From: an uncultured Ignavibacteria bacterium
GTDB taxonomy: Bacteria; Bacteroidota; Ignavibacteria; Ignavibacteriales; Ignavibacteriaceae
DNA: 64,000 nt
Reading direction: 5' to 3'
Assembly: GCA_963727535.1 (NCBI GenBank)
Contig: CAVSGR010000005.1
Span: forward strand, 11,251 to 75,250
In this document: piece after piece, positions 50,791-58,876 of the stretch
Numbering within the stretch: the stretch's first letter is position 1
How the letters are laid out: each line of letters opens with the position of its first letter
Notes under the pieces: model-generated
What the model saw: only the letters and a program-made list of their open reading frames with translations
Told to the model about the DNA's origin: nothing
Databases searched by the model: none
Made by a program: the position numbers and the translations under genes

Positions 50791-51747
50791 AATTTCTAAT
50801 ATATGATTATAATTCTCCAAGCCTATTTATTTATTATTCTATACAAGTCTTAATTAAATCCTATGGATTTTAAATGTAATTCTAATATTAATAGTACTGT
50901 TTCAATCTATAGGTAATATGTTTTATTGATATTCTTTCTGCAATTGCTGCTAATTAATCTTGCTATTCTTAACATGTGATTTTCGTGATCTGAATAGATT
51001 CTGCATTCAATTATCTTGCAAATTTTCATCGTATATTATATTTCTTCTCTTAGTGCTTGAATTTGTAGTTCATTAAAAATCTTATTTATGAATTGTCATC
51101 ATCAGATGTTGTCTCTATCTTCTGTTCCTTTTGCACTCAAACTAAATATATTTCCATAATGAGTTATACTTTTTTTTCATAACTTTTTTTGATGTGCTCA
51201 ATTAATTTTTCTTTTTCAGAATCAATTTTCCAAACATCAATTGATTCATAGGTATGTTTTATTATATAATACTTGTATCAAAAGGAAATTTTTTTGTTGA
51301 TCAATTGCATTTAACTAAACAATATTCGCTTAGATTTGCAATCGATTTTCTTCATACCTAATTTCAAAAAATACATTTGCGATTAAGTGTAACATATTAC
51401 TATAGTACTTAATATCATCTTTTTTCAACATTCTTATAATTTTATCCTTGATATAACTGTCTGCCCCATCTTATAAATTGTTTATTTGGCTTCAAAAATT
51501 CCACTCTTCTTGTAATGGCTCAGAATACAAGAGATATTCCATTACAATCTGCATAATTAGTGATTCCTATCATTCCCATAAATAGGAAGATATTATCTGA
51601 TACTGTACTCTACATTATTATAAAGCAGTGGTTTATCATCCATAATAAATCATTCATATTTAGTTCTAATATACTTAATCAATTTAACCACGAAAATACT
51701 TCAGCTGGACATCACAAAAATAACTCTAAATTTTTTTTAATTACCTC

Positions 51748-51787
51748 TTGACAGGTGTACATCTGTTCACTATATTTGTGGTGAACA
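51748..51787 (+). promoter_or_regulatory. lexA promoter (TTGACA-N17-TATATT, with TATATTTG fitting TAnnTTTG) bracketed by the palindrome TGTTCAC-N10-GTGAACA
   Basis: TTGACA at 51748-51753, TATATT at 51771-51776, inverted-repeat arms at 51764-51770 and 51781-51787, and the ATG at 51789. Confidence 0.5.
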
Positions 51788-51788
51788 A

Positions 51789-52454
51789 ATGAGCACTACT
51801 ATGAATGACAAAAAAAATCAATTGACAGATAGACAGGAGGAAATCCTTAAATTTATTAACTCTTACCGGGAAGTTAATGGGTTTCCTCCTACGATAAGAG
51901 AAATTGCACGGCAGTTCGGGATGTCTTCTACTTTTGGGGTGAAAAAGCATTTAGATGCTTTAGTTAAGAAGGGGTACCTGCATATTGAAAGCAATGCAAG
52001 CAGGGGAATTTCAACTCTGCAAAGCAGTGAACCGGAAAGTTCGACCATCTTTGAAAGCAACGATATTTTCAATAGAATCCCTGTGATCGGGCGGGTAGCA
52101 GCAGGTACTCCAATCTTAGCCGAAGAAAATATTGAAGGTTCACTCGTGATAGATCCTGCGCTTGCAAGTAAAAGCGGAAACGCTTTTGCGCTTAAAGTAA
52201 AAGGCGACAGTATGATTAATGCCGGAATATTTGACGGAGACTTTGTAATTGTCGAACCGCAAAAAGAAGCTAAGACGGGAGACATTGTTGTTGCACTTAT
52301 CGATGATGAAGCGACTGTTAAAACTTTTGAGAGGAAAAACGACAAGGTAAGATTATTACCTCAAAATGATAACTATAACCCTATTGATGTGACCAACAAA
52401 GAGAACTTTTCTCTTGTTGGCAGAGTCAAAGGTATTGTAAGGTATTTTAATTAA
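51789..52454 (+). CDS. lexA: LexA repressor (winged-helix + S24 autopeptidase)
   Basis: LTDRQEEILKFI...GFPPTIREIA, cleavage-site region VAAG, and catalytic KVKGDSM ... VKTF. Confidence 0.92.
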   Translation: MSTTMNDKKNQLTDRQEEILKFINSYREVNGFPPTIREIARQFGMSSTFGVKKHLDALVKKGYLHIESNASRGISTLQSSEPESSTIFESNDIFNRIPVIGRVAAGTPILAEENIEGSLVIDPALASKSGNAFALKVKGDSMINAGIFDGDFVIVEPQKEAKTGDIVVALIDDEATVKTFERKNDKVRLLPQNDNYNPIDVTNKENFSLVGRVKGIVRYFN

Positions 52455-52463
52455 GGAGTTATT

Positions 52464-52712
52464 ATGAAAACGGACATTTTTTCAAATGCCATTATGAGAA
52501 GAAATAAAATCAGGTTTCTTTATGGCTTATCCGAAGTTGTGCTCGAACCTTATTACATAGCTACTGAAAAAACGGGAAGAAAAGTTATATACGGCAGACC
52601 GTTTAATTCCAGCGAAGTAAGAAAGTTCGAATTTAGCAGGATAGCCAATATACGTGTGCTGAGGGGTGCGAGGTTTTCGCCGCTTATTCAGATCAGCGGT
52701 TATGTAAATTAA
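52464..52712 (+). CDS. 82-aa hypothetical protein co-operonic with lexA (small beta-rich, WYL/Sm-like pattern by eye)
   Basis: AAGGAG Shine-Dalgarno 5 nt upstream; 9-nt gap after lexA. The pattern IRFLY....V.EPYYI.....G.KVIYG.........RKFEFSRI..IRVL is present. Confidence 0.6.
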   Translation: MKTDIFSNAIMRRNKIRFLYGLSEVVLEPYYIATEKTGRKVIYGRPFNSSEVRKFEFSRIANIRVLRGARFSPLIQISGYVN

Positions 52713-52725
52713 AGCGAGGTATGAA

Positions 52726-53166
52726 ATGTTAGATTTAATAAAAAGAAAAAACGTTGATTTGTTAGTCGACCAATTATGGAGATATGGTTACTTAACTTTA
52801 AAAAGAAAATATGGTACTTACTTATCTGCACCGGAAAAGGTCGGCGGATTTGATATAGACATTATATCACGACAGAAAAAAGATTATGCAATCGGTGTTT
52901 CATTATCTGTTGAAGAAATAAATAATCCTAAGCTGCTTGAGAAGATTTCTTTCCTGGCAACGAGGCATACAAAATTTACAAACAACAATGTTACACTTTT
53001 CCTCGGGGTGCCTTCGGGTCATCTAAAAAAAGTAAAAGAACTTGTTGAAGTTCTCGGCGATGATATTAAAAAGAATATTAAATTTGTTTCTATTCCGGAA
53101 ACCGGAGTTCCTTCTCCCACAGAGAAAAGAAGAAAGAAGGACACAAGCAAGTCTCTGTTCGCATAA
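52726..53166 (+). CDS. 146-aa hypothetical protein, last gene of the lexA operon (alpha-beta-beta-beta-alpha-beta pattern, basic tail)
   Basis: GAGG Shine-Dalgarno; 13-nt gap. GGFDIDIISRQKKDYAIGVSLS resembles the beta2-beta3 hairpin of PD-(D/E)xK folds but lacks ExK. The C-terminus PTEKRRKKDTSK is basic. Confidence 0.55.
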   Translation: MLDLIKRKNVDLLVDQLWRYGYLTLKRKYGTYLSAPEKVGGFDIDIISRQKKDYAIGVSLSVEEINNPKLLEKISFLATRHTKFTNNNVTLFLGVPSGHLKKVKELVEVLGDDIKKNIKFVSIPETGVPSPTEKRRKKDTSKSLFA

Positions 53167-53231
53167 ATTCCCTCAAATATTTTTACCTTTACACTACTAT
53201 AGTACATTTATAATTTTCGCAATCGAAAAAA

Positions 53232-53260
53232 GAGAAAAGCCTTTTAACAAGGCTTTTCTT
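53232..53260 (+). terminator. Hairpin terminating the lexA operon
   Basis: GAAAAGCC-N9-GGCTTTTC followed by TT. TTGACA follows immediately. Confidence 0.55.
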
Positions 53261-53315
53261 GACATTATTTGCTCTTAAGGTTAATTTTACTCGATTAATC
53301 AATACGGGAAAGAAT

Positions 53316-54137
53316 TTGCGTAAGGCTGAATCGCAGTCCGATGAAAAATTACAGAATGAGTTAAAGAACTCAGGTGAAATACCGAAACATATAGCTATCA
53401 TTATGGATGGCAACGGCAGGTGGGCAAGAAGGAGAGGACTTCCGCGTGTAGCGGGGCACAAAAGAGGAGTTGAAACAGTCAGAGATATTGTTGAAGCGTG
53501 CGCCCAATTAGGCGTAAAGTTCCTTACACTTTACACTTTTTCAACTGAGAACTGGAAGAGACCAAAAGATGAAGTATCTACATTAATGAGATTACTTCTG
53601 AAAAGTTTGAAAGACAGAACAGACGAATTAGATGAAAACAATATTAAGCTTACTACCATTGGAGACACGAAAGCATTTCCCGATGTGGTTCAGAAAAGAT
53701 TATATGACGATATTGAACGGACAAAAAATAATAAAAGAATGACCCTGAACCTTGCGCTAAGTTACAGCGGAAGGTGGGAACTTCTTGAAGCTATTAAAAG
53801 TATAGGTCGCCTGGTTCAGGAAGGCAAATTAAATCCTGATGAAATTACGGAACAGCATGTTTCCGATTTTTTAACAACTAAAAATATTCCTGATCCTGAT
53901 CTTCTTATAAGAACCAGCGGCGAATTCAGAGTGAGTAATTTTTTATTATGGCAAATAGCTTACACAGAGTTTTTTATAACGGATGTTTATTGGCCGGATT
54001 TTTCAAGGAAACATCTTTACGATGCCATCAAAGATTTTCAACGGAGGGAAAGAAGGTTTGGTAAAATCAGTGAACAAATTAAAAAGAATGGTAAAGGCAT
54101 AAAGAATGTTTCCGACCTTCCCAAAGAAATTGCTTAA
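53316..54137 (+). CDS. uppS: Undecaprenyl-diphosphate synthase (cis-isoprenyl transferase)
   Basis: HIAIIMDGNGRWA, TLYTFSTENWKRP, LIRTSGE.RVSNFLLWQ. The ORF is open from 53259, but that part overlaps the terminator, so the TTG at 53316 is preferred. The start remains uncertain. Confidence 0.88.
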   Translation: MRKAESQSDEKLQNELKNSGEIPKHIAIIMDGNGRWARRRGLPRVAGHKRGVETVRDIVEACAQLGVKFLTLYTFSTENWKRPKDEVSTLMRLLLKSLKDRTDELDENNIKLTTIGDTKAFPDVVQKRLYDDIERTKNNKRMTLNLALSYSGRWELLEAIKSIGRLVQEGKLNPDEITEQHVSDFLTTKNIPDPDLLIRTSGEFRVSNFLLWQIAYTEFFITDVYWPDFSRKHLYDAIKDFQRRERRFGKISEQIKKNGKGIKNVSDLPKEIA

Positions 54138-56601
54138 AATATTTTCTCTTTTCGCTTTCCTGCTTTTCATTTCAACTGTGTATCCACAAGTTAAAAGCTA
54201 TAAAGTCCTGGGCATTACAGTTGAAGGAAATAAATCTGCCGACGGGGCAACAATAATTTCCAGCAGCGGAATTAAAGAGGGAGATGAAATCCAGATTCCC
54301 GGCGACAAAACGTTGAATGCCATTCATAATCTATGGTCATTAAATATTTTTTCCGATGTTCAAATCCTTATTGAAAAACATGTGGGTGATGGGGTTTTTC
54401 TTTTAATAAAAGTTCAGGAGTATCCGAGAATTGAAAAAACCGTTATCGAAGGAAATGATGAAATTGATACGGATGATATTGAAGCTAAAATAAATTTTAC
54501 AAGAGGGACAATATTAAAACCGCAGGACGTTACTAATCTCAAGCAAATAATTCTGAAGCTTTATGAGGATGATGGCTATCTTAACGCTAAAGTTACAGAT
54601 AAGTATTATGACTTTTACAGGGCTGATACAACCGAAGACGGAATTGAAGTAACCTGGAGAAATGAAAAAGATTTATCCGACGAATATAGTTTCCTTTATG
54701 AAACAGGTGATATAATTTATAGAAATCTTATAGACAGAATTAAAGACAGGGTTTTGTTAAAGCTTATAATAGAAGAGAATGATGAAGTAGTTGTAAGAGA
54801 AATCAAGTTTGAAGGAAACAAAGCATTTGATGACGGTGATTTAAGAGGTGTAATGGGTGAGATATCGGAAGCGAGATGGTGGAAATTCTGGAGCAGTTCT
54901 AATTTCAAGCGTGAAGGTTTTGAAAAAGATAAAGAAGCGATTAAAGATTTCTATCTCAAAAACGGCTACCGCGATGCCGAGATAGTATCGGATTCCCTTA
55001 TCTATTCTAATGATAAGAAAGATCTTGAGGTCCTAATAGATGTTTATGAGGGACCTCAATATAAAATTAGAAATATAACCTGGGAAGGAAATACAATTTA
55101 TCCGGATGCAGTATTAAACCGGGCTCTTGATTTTTCAAAAGGAGATATTTTTAACTATGAAAAGTTTAAGAGAAATCTGCATGGAAATGAAGCACAAACA
55201 GACGTAAATGCTCTTTACCAGGATAACGGGTATTTAACTTTTAATGCAAATGCTACTGAGAAAAAAGTAGGTGCTGATTCAATAGACCTGGATATAAGGC
55301 TTGAAGAAAGAAATCAATTCAAGGTTGGAAAAGTTAATGTAACAGGGAATACAAAAACAAAAGATAAAGTAATACGCCGTGAACTTTATACAGTACCGGG
55401 AGATTATTTTAACCGTGGACTTTTATTCAGAAGTATCCAGCAATTGGCTAACCTGCAATATTTTAATGTTGAAAAATTGTATGGACCACAAGGGTTGGAT
55501 TACTCTCTTCCTAATGATAGTACAGTTGACATTACATTTAATGTTGAAGAAAAATCGAGTGACTATTTGAATGCATCTGTAGGTTACAGTGGAAGTTTTG
55601 GTTTCAGTGGTGCTGTTGGTGTAACTCTAACTAACTTTTCTATTGCGGAACCTTTCTCTCTCGGAGGCGGACAAATTCTTAGTTTTAACTGGCAGTTTGG
55701 TGTTGGAAGTCTTTATAGAACATTTACGCTTGGCTTTACCGAACCCTGGCTGTTTGACACGCCTACGCTTGTAGGATTTGAAGTTTTTGATACAAGACAG
55801 CAATATATTTATGATCTTCGGCAATCCGGTGGAACAATCAGAACAGGGCGCAGGTTAAAATGGCCGGATGACTTCTTTTATATACAGGGCTTTTTTAAGT
55901 ACCAGTATAATGATGTTATTCAAGGACAAGGTTTTTATCAGGAAGGAAAATTCAATCAGTTTACACTGGGAGCTACCATAAGCAGAAAAAATATAGATAA
56001 TCCTATTTTTCCATCACAGGGCTCAAATTATGCCTTTGATGCAGAAATGTCTGGAGGACCTCTCTTGCCCGGTGAGGTTAATTACTATAAATTAACTTTT
56101 AGGGCGGAATGGTATAAAAGGTTGTTCAATTCAAATAGGGTAGCTTTTTATACTGTTGCAGATATGGGATATCTTGACGAGTTTGAAAAAAATACACCAA
56201 TAAACCCATTCGAATATTTCTTTATGGGAGGAAATGGTTTAGTAATAGCGACTACACCGTTAAGAGGTTATGATGACAGGACAGTAGGTCCGCGTGATGC
56301 ACAAGGAAACGTAATTGGAGGTAGAGTGATGACTCGTTATACAACAGAGCTTCGCTTTGCACTTGCACTTGAGCCTATCCCGATTTATCTAATTGCATTT
56401 GCTGAAGCAGGAAATGTTTTTGAAAGTTTAAAGAAAACAGATATTTTTGACCTTAGAAGATCTGTCGGAGTTGGCGCAAGAATTCTGATTAATCCGCTGG
56501 GATTAATTGGATTTGATCTTGGTTATGGGTTTGACAGAAAGTTAACTAACAATCAGGATCCTTCCTGGCTGTTTCATTTTCAGTTTGGAAAAGGTTTTTA
56601 A
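54106..56601 (+). CDS. bamA: Outer membrane protein assembly factor BamA
   Basis: 831 aa: five POTRA-like repeats, then a beta-barrel ending ...WLFHFQFGKGF. Conserved uppS-bamA-skp context. Confidence 0.92.
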   Translation: MFPTFPKKLLKIFSLFAFLLFISTVYPQVKSYKVLGITVEGNKSADGATIISSSGIKEGDEIQIPGDKTLNAIHNLWSLNIFSDVQILIEKHVGDGVFLLIKVQEYPRIEKTVIEGNDEIDTDDIEAKINFTRGTILKPQDVTNLKQIILKLYEDDGYLNAKVTDKYYDFYRADTTEDGIEVTWRNEKDLSDEYSFLYETGDIIYRNLIDRIKDRVLLKLIIEENDEVVVREIKFEGNKAFDDGDLRGVMGEISEARWWKFWSSSNFKREGFEKDKEAIKDFYLKNGYRDAEIVSDSLIYSNDKKDLEVLIDVYEGPQYKIRNITWEGNTIYPDAVLNRALDFSKGDIFNYEKFKRNLHGNEAQTDVNALYQDNGYLTFNANATEKKVGADSIDLDIRLEERNQFKVGKVNVTGNTKTKDKVIRRELYTVPGDYFNRGLLFRSIQQLANLQYFNVEKLYGPQGLDYSLPNDSTVDITFNVEEKSSDYLNASVGYSGSFGFSGAVGVTLTNFSIAEPFSLGGGQILSFNWQFGVGSLYRTFTLGFTEPWLFDTPTLVGFEVFDTRQQYIYDLRQSGGTIRTGRRLKWPDDFFYIQGFFKYQYNDVIQGQGFYQEGKFNQFTLGATISRKNIDNPIFPSQGSNYAFDAEMSGGPLLPGEVNYYKLTFRAEWYKRLFNSNRVAFYTVADMGYLDEFEKNTPINPFEYFFMGGNGLVIATTPLRGYDDRTVGPRDAQGNVIGGRVMTRYTTELRFALALEPIPIYLIAFAEAGNVFESLKKTDIFDLRRSVGVGARILINPLGLIGFDLGYGFDRKLTNNQDPSWLFHFQFGKGF

Positions 56602-56630
56602 TTCATCAACTAAAATAAAGGAAAAACATT

Positions 56631-57152
56631 GTGAGGAAATTTCTTTTTTTAATAACAGTAACGGTTATATCAACTACTTTATTTGCACAGTCCCCACAAA
56701 AACTCGGATATGTAGATTCGCAGGTAATTCTTTCACAATTCTCTGAAGCTATTAAGGCTCAGGGAGACCTGGATGCTATTACAAATAAATGGAGTGGGCA
56801 GGTTGACAGTTTGACTGTTGCATACCAGCAGGCTCTTGCTGATTATCAGAAGCAGGCTAACACAATGCCTGACGATAAAAAGCTTGAAATGCAAAAAACC
56901 CTGGTTGCCCAGCAACAAAGTGTAATTGATTTTAGAACTAAAAAATTCGGGCAGAACGGTGAGATATATCAAAAGCAGGAGGAAATTTTTACTCCGGTAA
57001 AGAAAAAGATTTATGCTGCAATTGAAGATGTTGCTAAAAAAGAAGGTATGCAGTTTGTATTTGATAAAAGCGGAGATATTGTTCTGCTTTATGCCGATGC
57101 GGCTTATGATATAACTTACCAGGTATTAGATAGACTGAAAAGAGGAAACTAA
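56631..57152 (+). CDS. OmpH/Skp-family periplasmic chaperone
   Basis: Signal peptide, KLGYVDSQVIL, coiled-coil core, and VFDKSG.IVLYA. Confidence 0.85.
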   Translation: MRKFLFLITVTVISTTLFAQSPQKLGYVDSQVILSQFSEAIKAQGDLDAITNKWSGQVDSLTVAYQQALADYQKQANTMPDDKKLEMQKTLVAQQQSVIDFRTKKFGQNGEIYQKQEEIFTPVKKKIYAAIEDVAKKEGMQFVFDKSGDIVLLYADAAYDITYQVLDRLKRGN

Positions 57153-57200
57153 TAATAATTATTTTCTACTCTCTTTAGTTATTCGTTAAACGGAGTATAT

Positions 57201-57716
57201 ATGAAGAAAATAATTTTTGTTCTTTTAGTAGCAATAATTCTGCCTGCGTTTTCTTTTGCCCAATTGAAAGTCGGGTATGTAGATTCTGATACGATTATGG
57301 ATAAGCTGCCTGATGCTCAGGATGCAAGGCAAAAGCTTGATGCACAAATAAAAGAATGGCAGGATGAGCTCAATAAACTCGAAAATAACTGGAAACAGAA
57401 ATACGATGATTATCAAAAAAGAAAATTGATAATGACTGATCAGACAAGAGCAGAAACGGAAGCAGAATTAGTTAAACTTGAAAAAGATGTTGCCGACTAC
57501 AGGGAAAAAAAGTTTGGTACAAACGGTGAACTTTTTCAAAAACAGGATGAATTGATGCACCCGGTTCAAAATAAGGTTTTCAACGCAATCCAGGAAATAG
57601 CCCAGGAAGAAGATCTTGATTTTGTATTTGACCGGAGTGGTGATGTTATGCTTCTATATGCAAAAGATCAGTATGATCTTACTCAAAAAGTTCTTGATAA
57701 ATTAAAAGTAGAATAG
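57201..57716 (+). CDS. OmpH/Skp-family periplasmic chaperone (paralogue)
   Basis: KVGYVDSDTIM...VFDRSGDVMLLYA. Confidence 0.85.
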   Translation: MKKIIFVLLVAIILPAFSFAQLKVGYVDSDTIMDKLPDAQDARQKLDAQIKEWQDELNKLENNWKQKYDDYQKRKLIMTDQTRAETEAELVKLEKDVADYREKKFGTNGELFQKQDELMHPVQNKVFNAIQEIAQEEDLDFVFDRSGDVMLLYAKDQYDLTQKVLDKLKVE

Positions 57717-57722
57717 TACTTA

Positions 57723-58784
57723 ATGGTTATTAAGCTTGCAGAGGCTGCTGAAATAGTAAACGGCAATGTTATAGGTGATAAAAATATTACCATCAGCAGC
57801 TTTGCAAAAATAGAGGAAGCAAAACCAGGCGAGCTTACATTTCTTTATCTTGATTCCTACAAAAAATTTTTCCCCTCTACAAAAGCATCAGCAATAATTG
57901 TAAAAAAAGATTTTCCTAAAACAAGAAATGATATTACTTACATAGAAGTTGAAAGTCCTAATAATGCTTTCGCTAAACTCCTGCAGCATTACTTTAAACC
58001 GGATTATAAACTTTCCGGGATCGATCCGACTGCATCCATTCATTCGAATGCAGTTATTGGTGAAAATACTGCTGTTGGAAAAAATGTTGTAATATCCGAA
58101 GGCTGCAGGATTGGTTCGAACGTAAAAATTTTTCATAATGCTGTTATTTTGGAAAATGTTGAAATCGAAGATAACTCTGTGATCTTTCAAAACGTCAGTA
58201 TTCGTGAAGGAAGCAGAATTGGCAAAAATGTAATTGTTCATGCCAATTCTGTAATTGGTTCCGATGGTTTTGGATATGATATTGATGAGAACAAAGTTTT
58301 TCATAAAGTTCCTCAAATAGGAATAGTGATTATTGAAGACGATGTTGAAATTGGTTCGAATGTTTCGGTCGACCGGGCATCTCTTGGTGCAACAGTAATA
58401 AAAAAAGGTGTTAAGATTGATAACCTTGTACAAATAGCTCACAATGTTGTGATTGGGGAAAACTCGATTGTTGCGGGACAGGCAGGCATTGCAGGTAGTA
58501 CAAAAATTGGTAAGAACTGTTATTTACTCGGACAAGCCGGAGTATCGGGGCACATAGAAATTACCGACAATGTTATTTTACATCCGCAGGCGGGTGTTAG
58601 CAAAAGTATATTGAAGCCGGGAAATTATTTCGGTTCTCCCGCAAAAGAAATAAAAACAGCCTTTAAGCTCGAATCACATTACAGGAATCTTCAGAACTAT
58701 TCTGACAGAATAACACAATTGGAAAAACAAATTGATGAATTATTAAAACAGGCAGAGGAATTAAAAAATAGCAAATCTGAATAA
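57723..58784 (+). CDS. lpxD: UDP-3-O-acylglucosamine N-acyltransferase
   Basis: Left-handed beta-helix hexapeptide repeats, an LpxD N-terminal domain and a C-terminal helix. Confidence 0.92.
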   Translation: MVIKLAEAAEIVNGNVIGDKNITISSFAKIEEAKPGELTFLYLDSYKKFFPSTKASAIIVKKDFPKTRNDITYIEVESPNNAFAKLLQHYFKPDYKLSGIDPTASIHSNAVIGENTAVGKNVVISEGCRIGSNVKIFHNAVILENVEIEDNSVIFQNVSIREGSRIGKNVIVHANSVIGSDGFGYDIDENKVFHKVPQIGIVIIEDDVEIGSNVSVDRASLGATVIKKGVKIDNLVQIAHNVVIGENSIVAGQAGIAGSTKIGKNCYLLGQAGVSGHIEITDNVILHPQAGVSKSILKPGNYFGSPAKEIKTAFKLESHYRNLQNYSDRITQLEKQIDELLKQAEELKNSKSE

Positions 58785-58876
58785 AAAGAACTCATTTATA
58801 CTTAATTGTATTTCGTATCCCATCTTACTATTTTCTAAATCAAATTTTTATTGAAATAACAAAAAGCAAAAAAATA

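Noticed and set aside
51560-51950. ORFs 51560-51751 (plus) and 51741-51950 (minus) next to lexA
   Set aside because: The first lies in the AT-rich decayed region with Ile/Asn/Phe-biased composition and no Shine-Dalgarno. The second overlaps the lexA promoter and 5' coding region in antisense. Neither has supporting signals.
51863-52345. 160-aa ORF antisense to lexA
   Set aside because: It lies entirely within the well-conserved lexA frame and has a low-complexity Ser/Ala/Leu-rich composition typical of antisense frames. It has no start context or recognisable motif.
57888-58442. 184-aa ORF antisense to lpxD
   Set aside because: It is the mirror frame of the hexapeptide-repeat region of lpxD, with Asn/Ile/Phe-rich composition. 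It is an artefact of the repeat periodicity.
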